Of a stretch of DNA of 32,000 nucleotides, positions 26,596 to 32,000 are shown piece by piece. The stretch's first letter is position 1. Every line of letters starts with the position of its first letter. Source of the stretch: Psychrobacter cryohalolentis K5 (GTDB taxonomy: Bacteria; Pseudomonadota; Gammaproteobacteria; Pseudomonadales; Moraxellaceae); assembly GCF_000013905.1 (NCBI RefSeq), contig NC_007969.1, forward strand, positions 1,860,001 through 1,892,000, given 5' to 3'. Below the pieces are notes generated by a model. That model saw only the letters and a program-made list of their open reading frames with translations, ran no database searches and was not told where the DNA came from. A program made the translations under genes and the position numbers.

Positions 26596-27369
26596 ATGTC
26601 AAAACTTCGCACCGAAACGGTTACAGAGGTTCATCATTGGAATGATGCACTATTTAGCATCAAAACCACACGCGACGACGGCTTGCGCTTTCGCAATGGC
26701 GAGTTTGCGATGATTGGTTTGGTCGTTGATGGCAAGCCGTTGCTGCGCGCTTACTCGATTGCCAGTCCTAACTATGAAGAGCATTTGGAGTTTTTCTCCA
26801 TTAAAGTGCAAGACGGTCCTTTAACGTCTCGTCTGCAACATATCAAAGTTGGTGATGAGCTATTGGTCAGTAAAAAACCAACGGGCACTTTGGTATTAGA
26901 TGATCTATTACCGGGTAAAAACCTTTATATGCTCTCAACCGGTACAGGTGTTGCACCATTTTTAGCATTGGCACGTGACCCTGAAGTCTACGAGCGTTTC
27001 GAAAAGGTCATATTAGTACATGGTGTGCGCGGTATTAGTGACTTGGCTTATCGTGACATGTTCGAAAACGAGCTGCCGAATGATGAAATTTTTGGTGAAG
27101 ATTTCCGTAAGAAATTCATCTACTACCCAACGGTCACTCGCGAAGAATTTAGAAACACTGGTCGTATTACCGACTTAATGAAATCTGGCAAATTTTTTGA
27201 AGATATCGGACTGCCTCCGATGAACAAGGAAGATGATCGCGTCCTAATTTGCGGTAGTATGCCATTTAATGCTGAAGTCTCAGCTATTTTGAATGATTTT
27301 GGTCTAACAGTATCACCGCGTATGGGTGTTCAGGCAGATTATGCGGTTGAACGCGCCTTTGTGGGTTAA
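26596..27369 (+). CDS. fpr: ferredoxin-NADP(+) reductase
   Basis: 257-aa ORF with the FAD motif LLRAYSIASP (RxYS) and the NADP motif LYMLSTGTGVAPF. GAGGA SD lies 4 nt upstream. Confidence 0.9.
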   Translation: MSKLRTETVTEVHHWNDALFSIKTTRDDGLRFRNGEFAMIGLVVDGKPLLRAYSIASPNYEEHLEFFSIKVQDGPLTSRLQHIKVGDELLVSKKPTGTLVLDDLLPGKNLYMLSTGTGVAPFLALARDPEVYERFEKVILVHGVRGISDLAYRDMFENELPNDEIFGEDFRKKFIYYPTVTREEFRNTGRITDLMKSGKFFEDIGLPPMNKEDDRVLICGSMPFNAEVSAILNDFGLTVSPRMGVQADYAVERAFVG

Positions 27370-27405
27370 AATCTAAACTTTTATTCAAAATACAATAAAT
27401 AATTC

Positions 27406-27433
27406 TTGACGCTCAAAAATAGGCTGCTATAAT
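27406..27433 (+). promoter_or_regulatory. near-consensus sigma70 promoter for tRNA-Leu
   Basis: TTGACG (27406-27411), a 16-nt spacer, then TATAAT (27428-27433), about 75 nt upstream of the mature tRNA 5' end. The -10 hexamer lies in the loop of the inverted repeat AGGCTGC/GCAGCCT (27421-27442). Confidence 0.6.
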
Positions 27434-27508
27434 ACGCAGCCTATACAGAGATAACCCTGTAGCCCAATTCGATAATGTTTGCAGTATATAAACTTTATCA
27501 CCTAACAC

Positions 27509-27595
27509 GCCGGTGTGATGGAATTGGTAGACATGACGGATTCAAAATCCGTTGCCTTTAAAAGCGTGTCGGTTCGAGTCCGACCACCGGTACCA
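27509..27595 (+). tRNA. tRNA-Leu (anticodon CAA), type II with long variable arm, CCA encoded
   Basis: Folded by hand. Acceptor stem GCCGGTG/CACCGGT has a G1-U72 wobble. D-loop is AATTGGTAGA. Anticodon stem ACGGA/TCCGT carries loop TTCAAAA. There is a long variable arm. T-arm is GTCGG-TTCGAGT-CCGAC. The discriminator is A, followed by CCA. Confidence 0.9.
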
Positions 27596-27630
27596 ATTAG
27601 TAGTACAAGCAAGTTCGAGAATGACTGATT

Positions 27631-27664
27631 AGCCCTTATGTTCAATAGCATAAGGGCTTTTTTG
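27631..27664 (+). terminator. rho-independent terminator after tRNA-Leu
   Basis: AGCCCTTATG [TTCAATAG] CATAAGGGCT forms a 10-bp perfect stem followed by TTTTTT. Confidence 0.85.
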
Positions 27665-27837
27665 TGTCTGTAGTAGTCTGAGCAGGTCTATAGCAAACTG
27701 AGATTAATAACAGTAAACTAGATAGTAATTACACCTTTTACTGTTTAATCAAAATGGAATTACTGTCTAACGATCAAAGTTAAGATTGGAGACGCTGTTA
27801 GAAAGTCAGGTTCTAATATGGTCTAGGCGATAAACCA

Positions 27838-28491
27838 TTACACTTTCTCTGTTTCAGGCTTAGATATCGCTCGCCATAAAATCACAAATAGCGCGTCAAA
27901 TTCTGCGTTTATCGGCGTATTTGTCTGCCGCATAATATGCATAAAACCTAGACGGCTGATAAAACCCATAAAAACATCAAATAGGATATATAGCGGCACG
28001 CTGTCGTTTAATACCCCTCGTTTTTGCCCATCTTCTAATACATCCAAAAATGCACCAATCAGCTCTTTATTCTCATAGATAGCAATACTACGAATGCGGG
28101 ATACCGATATCGAGGACAGCACCATCACTGCATCTGGATGGCTGTCGACAAAATCAAAACATACCCAGAGTGTCTTGCGCAATCGATCTTTGACGCTATC
28201 AATCCCTTGTAAATGATCCATAATCCGCGTCGCCAACCTACCAAGTACGATATCCATAATGGTATTAAACAAAGTTTGCTTGTCACCAAAGTATTTATAG
28301 AGCGTTTGCAATGAAACGTTGGCAGACTTTGCAATTTGCGCCATCGTTACTTCACTAGGGTCGAAGCCTGCGAACACTTTACGAACCGCTTGCTCAATCT
28401 TATCCAAGGTGGCAGGTCGCATATCTGATAAGGGCGCTAAATGTTGAGAGGTCTCAATACCATCCTTTTGCTTGACCGCCTTCATTGTCAT
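27838..28491 (-). CDS. TetR-family transcriptional regulator (divergent from the beta-oxidation operon)
   Basis: 217-aa ORF with the HTH MAQIAKSANVSLQTLYKYFGDKQTLF. The start is either 28491 or 28485 (AGGA 6 nt upstream). Confidence 0.85.
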   Translation of the reverse strand: MTMKAVKQKDGIETSQHLAPLSDMRPATLDKIEQAVRKVFAGFDPSEVTMAQIAKSANVSLQTLYKYFGDKQTLFNTIMDIVLGRLATRIMDHLQGIDSVKDRLRKTLWVCFDFVDSHPDAVMVLSSISVSRIRSIAIYENKELIGAFLDVLEDGQKRGVLNDSVPLYILFDVFMGFISRLGFMHIMRQTNTPINAEFDALFVILWRAISKPETEKV

Positions 28492-28669
28492 TCCTATTTA
28501 CTCCCTTGTAATCTGTTTGGACTAGAGTCAATCACTTTATTCAATGAGCCAATTTTGTCTAAGGTAAGATGTATTACCATTTATTTTAAACGTGTTGAAT
28601 AAAGCATTTTGGTCATCTAGTATATCTTCTTCAAGTTTTTATTTTAAAGAGTTTTTAATACCGAACTAA

Positions 28670-28689
28670 AGGGTAATATAAATTACCCT
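28670..28689. promoter_or_regulatory. candidate TetR operator: inverted repeat AGGGTAAT-ATAA-ATTACCCT
   Basis: Perfect 8-bp arms with a 4-bp spacer, read directly. It lies in the 230-bp divergent intergenic region, about 33-42 bp upstream of the acyl-CoA dehydrogenase start. Confidence 0.45.
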
Positions 28690-28721
28690 AAATATTAATT
28701 TAAACACCATAACTATCAAGG

Positions 28722-29882
28722 ATGAACCACATGAGTATTGAAGGCTTTGCCTCAAACTGGATGACCGAAGAACACAGCATGGTATATGACAGTGCTTTGA
28801 AGATGTTTAAAAGCTGGGAAGATAAAGACGAGCAGTGGCGTGAAAACGGCATGATCGACCGTGAAGCTTGGCACGAGGCTGGCGATATGGGCTTTTTATG
28901 TGCGTCAATGCCTGAAGAATATGGCGGTGGCGGTGGTGATTTTGGTCACGAAGCCGCGATTCTTTTGGCTCAGGCACAGGCTAACCAAGCTGGTTTTGGT
29001 GGTATGGTTCACTCAGGTATTGTAGCGCCCTATATTTTAAAGCACGGTACTGAAGAGCAGAAAAAAGCATGGCTACCTAAACTGGCTACTGGCGAATCTG
29101 TTGGCGCTATCGCGATGACAGAACCAACGACAGGCTCTGACTTACAGGCAATAAAAACCTACGCGGTGAAAGATGGCGACGACTACATTATCAATGGTTC
29201 AAAAACGTTTATTACTAACGGTCAGCATACCAACCTTATCGTTTTAGCTTGCAAAACGGATCGCGATCAGGGCGCTCAGGGTGTTTCCCTGATTGTGGTC
29301 GAAACTGACGCTCTAGAAGGTTTCTCACGTGGTCGCAACCTCAAAAAGACCGGTCTATCTTCTCAAGATACCTCAGAGCTATTCTTTAGTAACGTCCGTG
29401 TCCCACAGAAAAATGTATTAGGCGGTGTTGAAGGTCTTGGCTTTATCCAAATGATGCAAGAGTTGCCGCAAGAGCGCCTGATTATTGCGCTAAGTGGTTG
29501 CGGTGCTATCAAGCTGGCTTTAGAGTTGACGCTTGAGTACGTAAAAGAGCGTGAAGCTTTTGGAAAGTCAATTTGGAAGTTCCAAAACACGCGCTTTAAG
29601 CTGGCTGAAGTTCAGGCCGATTACCTAGCCGTAAAAGCTTTGTGTGACTCTGCTGTTGAAGCGATGATTAATGGCACCTTAACCGCACCGCAAGCGTCAT
29701 TAATCAAGTATTGGGTGACCGAAAAACAGTGCAATGTCATGGATGAATGCTTACAGTTATTTGGTGGTTACGGCTATATGACAGAGTACCCAATCGCTCG
29801 TATGTATGCTGATGCGCGCGTCCAAAAAATCTACGGCGGCACTAATGAGATTATGAAGGAATTGGCTTCACGCTTTATGTAA
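28722..29882 (+). CDS. acyl-CoA dehydrogenase
   Basis: ACAD motifs AMTEPTTGSDL and IYGGTNEIMKE. The ORF track starts at 28722, but the ATG at 28731 (MSIEGF...) has an AAGGA 8 nt upstream and is more likely. Confidence 0.85.
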   Translation: MNHMSIEGFASNWMTEEHSMVYDSALKMFKSWEDKDEQWRENGMIDREAWHEAGDMGFLCASMPEEYGGGGGDFGHEAAILLAQAQANQAGFGGMVHSGIVAPYILKHGTEEQKKAWLPKLATGESVGAIAMTEPTTGSDLQAIKTYAVKDGDDYIINGSKTFITNGQHTNLIVLACKTDRDQGAQGVSLIVVETDALEGFSRGRNLKKTGLSSQDTSELFFSNVRVPQKNVLGGVEGLGFIQMMQELPQERLIIALSGCGAIKLALELTLEYVKEREAFGKSIWKFQNTRFKLAEVQADYLAVKALCDSAVEAMINGTLTAPQASLIKYWVTEKQCNVMDECLQLFGGYGYMTEYPIARMYADARVQKIYGGTNEIMKELASRFM

Positions 29883-29988
29883 TAGCGTTGGGGAAAACCA
29901 AGCCGCTTTATGAAAACCGTTACATGCAAATAAATACATGCCAGCCAATATACGAATGTTATTAAGCCAAATGTTCTTAAGTATTTAA

Positions 29989-30012
29989 TTGAGGAGAGTA
30001 CGTTCTCCTCAA
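29989..30012 (+). other. intercistronic hairpin between the acyl-CoA dehydrogenase and thiolase genes
   Basis: TTGAGGAGA [GTACGT] TCTCCTCAA forms a 9-bp perfect stem with no following T-run. This makes it more likely an mRNA stability or processing element, or a weak attenuator, than a full terminator. Confidence 0.35.
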
Positions 30013-30060
30013 AACTTCATTATCTAACAAATATCCAATGAAATATTAAAGGGACTTATT

Positions 30061-31269
30061 ATGACCCAGACCGCTTATATCTATGATGCCATTCGCACCC
30101 CACGTGGCAAAGGCAAAAAAGATGGCTCCCTCCATCAGGCGTCACCTATCTGGCTGATTCGCACGCTACTAAAAGAGATGCAACAACGCCATAATTTAGA
30201 TACCAGTTTGGTAGACGACGTCATTTTAGGCTGTGTGACACCAGTCGGTGAGCAGGGTTCTGATATCGCACGTATCGCCGTTATCGACGCTGATTGGCAT
30301 GAGAGCGTAGCAGGGTTAACGCTGTCACGCTTTTGTGCGTCTGGTCTCGAGTCAATTAACCTTGCGGCAACCAAAGTCATGTCTGGTATGGAAGACTTAG
30401 TCGTCGCCGGTGGTGTTGAGTCAATGAGCCGTGTACCAATGGGTATGGACGGCGGCGCTTGGTATATGGATCCACGAGTAAACGATGCCGTTCAGTTCGT
30501 ACCTCAAGGGGTTGGCGCTGATACCATCGCAACGCTAAAAGGCTTTAGTCGTAAAGACGTTGACGAGTTTGCATCAGAATCACACAGAAGAGCAGCGGCT
30601 GCATGGGGGAAAGGCTACTACGATAAGTCAGTCGTTCCCGTAAAAGATCTAAACGGTTTATTGCTATTAGACACAGACGAAACCATTCGTCCAAACACTT
30701 CAGTGGAAACGCTAGCAGGCCTAAACCCATCATTTATAATGTCAGGCAAAATGGGCTTCGATGGCGTTATTCTTGATAAATATACGACGATTGAAAACGT
30801 CAATCATGTGCACCACGCTGGTAACTCATCGGGTATCGTTGATGGTTCAGCATTGTGTCTTGTGGGTAGTAAAGCTGCTGGCAAAAAAGCAGGTCTAAAA
30901 CCACGCGCTAAAATAACGATGGCATCTGTGATTGGCTCAGAGCCAACCATCATGTTAACTGGCCCTACCCCTGCCTGCAAAAAAGCACTGGCTAAAGCCG
31001 GTATGACTGCTGCTGATATCGACCTTTGGGAAATCAACGAAGCATTTGCAGCTGTGCCGCTTAATACCGCTGATGACTTTGGTCTCTCGCTTGATAAAGT
31101 GAACGTCAATGGTGGCGCTATCGCTATGGGTCACCCACTGGGTGCGACAGGCGCGATGCTGCTGACCACGGTACTTGATGAGCTTGAGCGCCGCGATCTA
31201 AAAACAGCAATGATTACCCTATGTGTCGGTGGTGGTATGGGTATTGCTACCATTATTGAGCGTGTTTAA
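30061..31269 (+). CDS. fadA: acetyl-CoA C-acyltransferase (3-ketoacyl-CoA thiolase)
   Basis: 402-aa ORF with the active-site Cys motif [11 protein letters not shown] and the C-terminal motifs [17 protein letters not shown] and [18 protein letters not shown] lies 6 nt upstream. Confidence 0.85.
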   Translation: MTQTAYIYDAIRTPRGKGKKDGSLHQASPIWLIRTLLKEMQQRHNLDTSLVDDVILGCVTPVGEQGSDIARIAVIDADWHESVAGLTLSRFCASGLESINLAATKVMSGMEDLVVAGGVESMSRVPMGMDGGAWYMDPRVNDAVQFVPQGVGADTIATLKGFSRKDVDEFASESHRRAAAAWGKGYYDKSVVPVKDLNGLLLLDTDETIRPNTSVETLAGLNPSFIMSGKMGFDGVILDKYTTIENVNHVHHAGNSSGIVDGSALCLVGSKAAGKKAGLKPRAKITMASVIGSEPTIMLTGPTPACKKALAKAGMTAADIDLWEINEAFAAVPLNTADDFGLSLDKVNVNGGAIAMGHPLGATGAMLLTTVLDELERRDLKTAMITLCVGGGMGIATIIERV

Positions 31270-31325
31270 GCCTCAAATATTACCTATATATGGACAAACC
31301 TACGCATAGAAAATAAGGATATCGA

Positions 31326-32000
31326 ATGAACGCAAACAGTGTAAATGCCATTAATGAATTAAACAGTTTTTCAGCAGAATCAGACAACGGTATTATCACG
31401 GTTACTATCGATCAAGCAGATCGTAAGATGAATGTCATCGGTGATGGCTTTAATGACGCCTTTGCCAAATTGACGGATGCTTTTGTCAACGACCAAGAAG
31501 CAAAAGGTTTGATCCTCACGTCTGGTAAATCAACCTTTGTAGTTGGTGCAGATATTGACCAACTGGCCACTCTTGAAACTGCTGAGCAAGCGTTTGACTT
31601 GGTTGAGGACTTAAAAACTAGCCTGCGTAAACTTGAAACTTCAGGTAAGCCAGTGGTTGCTGCCATTACTGGTACGGCACTAGGTGGCGGTTTAGAGCTG
31701 GCGTTAGCCTGTCATTATCGCATCGCTATTGACTCTTCTCCAAAGACCGCGTCTAAAACCAAGCTTGGTCTACCTGAAGTTAAACTAGGCCTATTGCCTG
31801 GTGGCGGTGGTACTCAGCGTCTGCCACGCTTGGTTGGTATTCAAAAAGCTCTTGAGCTGATGACGCAAGGCAAAGAGCTGCGCCCACAGCAAGCGGTTGA
31901 CATTGGTCTTATCGATGATGTGGCTGATGATAATGATGGGCTTATCAGTAAGGCTAAAGCGTGGATTAATGACAATCCAAAAGCGCAGCAACCTTGGGAC
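31326..32000 (+). CDS. fadB: multifunctional enoyl-CoA hydratase / 3-hydroxyacyl-CoA dehydrogenase, FadB-like (partial; runs off the right edge)
   Basis: Absent from the ORF track because it is truncated. ATG at 31326 has AAGGA 6 nt upstream. Hand translation gives MNANSVNAINELNSF...LTSGKSTFVVGADIDQL...GKPVVAAITGTALGGGLELALACHYRIA...LGLPEVKLGLLPGGGGTQRLPRLVG. This is the crotonase N-domain of FadB/FadJ-type enzymes. Confidence 0.8.
   Translation, partial: MNANSVNAINELNSFSAESDNGIITVTIDQADRKMNVIGDGFNDAFAKLTDAFVNDQEAKGLILTSGKSTFVVGADIDQLATLETAEQAFDLVEDLKTSLRKLETSGKPVVAAITGTALGGGLELALACHYRIAIDSSPKTASKTKLGLPEVKLGLLPGGGGTQRLPRLVGIQKALELMTQGKELRPQQAVDIGLIDDVADDNDGLISKAKAWINDNPKAQQPWD

Noticed and set aside
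27509-27837. tRNA-Leu as an integration hotspot, with the downstream TetR/beta-oxidation genes as a genomic island.
   Set aside because: There is no integrase and no direct repeat of the tRNA 3' end in the window. I saw no compositional break by eye, and the downstream genes are ordinary metabolism.

Overview
I found no convincing novel multi-gene system. This window reads as an ordinary core-chromosome segment of a moderately AT-rich gammaproteobacterium. Gene content and recurrent Asn-rich inserts suggest a Psychrobacter-like member of the Moraxellaceae, but that is inference only. Almost all long ORFs match well-known families.

Gene content, left to right:
- 1-5838 (minus): a complete valine-catabolism string, mmsA, acyl-CoA dehydrogenase, enoyl-CoA hydratase, 3-hydroxyisobutyryl-CoA hydrolase and mmsB. 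The mmsB gene is truncated at the left edge.
- 6163-11592 (minus): a PrpE-like propionyl-CoA synthetase, a fatty-acid-CoA ligase and a YnfM-like MFS transporter.
- 12120-13498 (plus): two conserved hypothetical genes.
- 13527-14392 (minus): an NsrR-type Rrf2 regulator, followed by a possible unannotated 49-aa lipoprotein ORF.
- 14882-18306 (plus): ychF, a dGTPase-like gene and fabR.
- 18356-21471 (minus): a stand-alone type II secretion minor-pseudopilin operon, gspH-I-J-K.
- 21648-26196 (minus): a TetR regulator, tatD, an orphan GspE/PilB-family ATPase and trmO.
- 26596-27595 (plus): fpr and tRNA-Leu(CAA).
- 27838-32000: a TetR regulator (minus) divergent from a beta-oxidation operon of acyl-CoA dehydrogenase, thiolase and a FadB-like enzyme, the last truncated at the right edge.

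I saw no transposases, integrases, CRISPR arrays, toxin-antitoxin pairs or recognisable defence genes.

The most checkable oddities are:
- the orphan secretion ATPase and the isolated gspHIJK operon;
- a perfect (GCCGTT)9 in-frame repeat giving GspJ an (Asn-Gly)9 tail;
- an NsrR homologue with a ~40-residue insert between its Fe-S cysteine ligands;
- a small lipobox ORF whose stop codon lies inside a bidirectional terminator;
- the uncharacterised 140-aa/248-aa gene pair, with a perfect 16-bp tandem duplication upstream of the second gene;
- several unusually long ORF-free intergenic regions.

All family calls come from motif recognition by eye. No database search was run.
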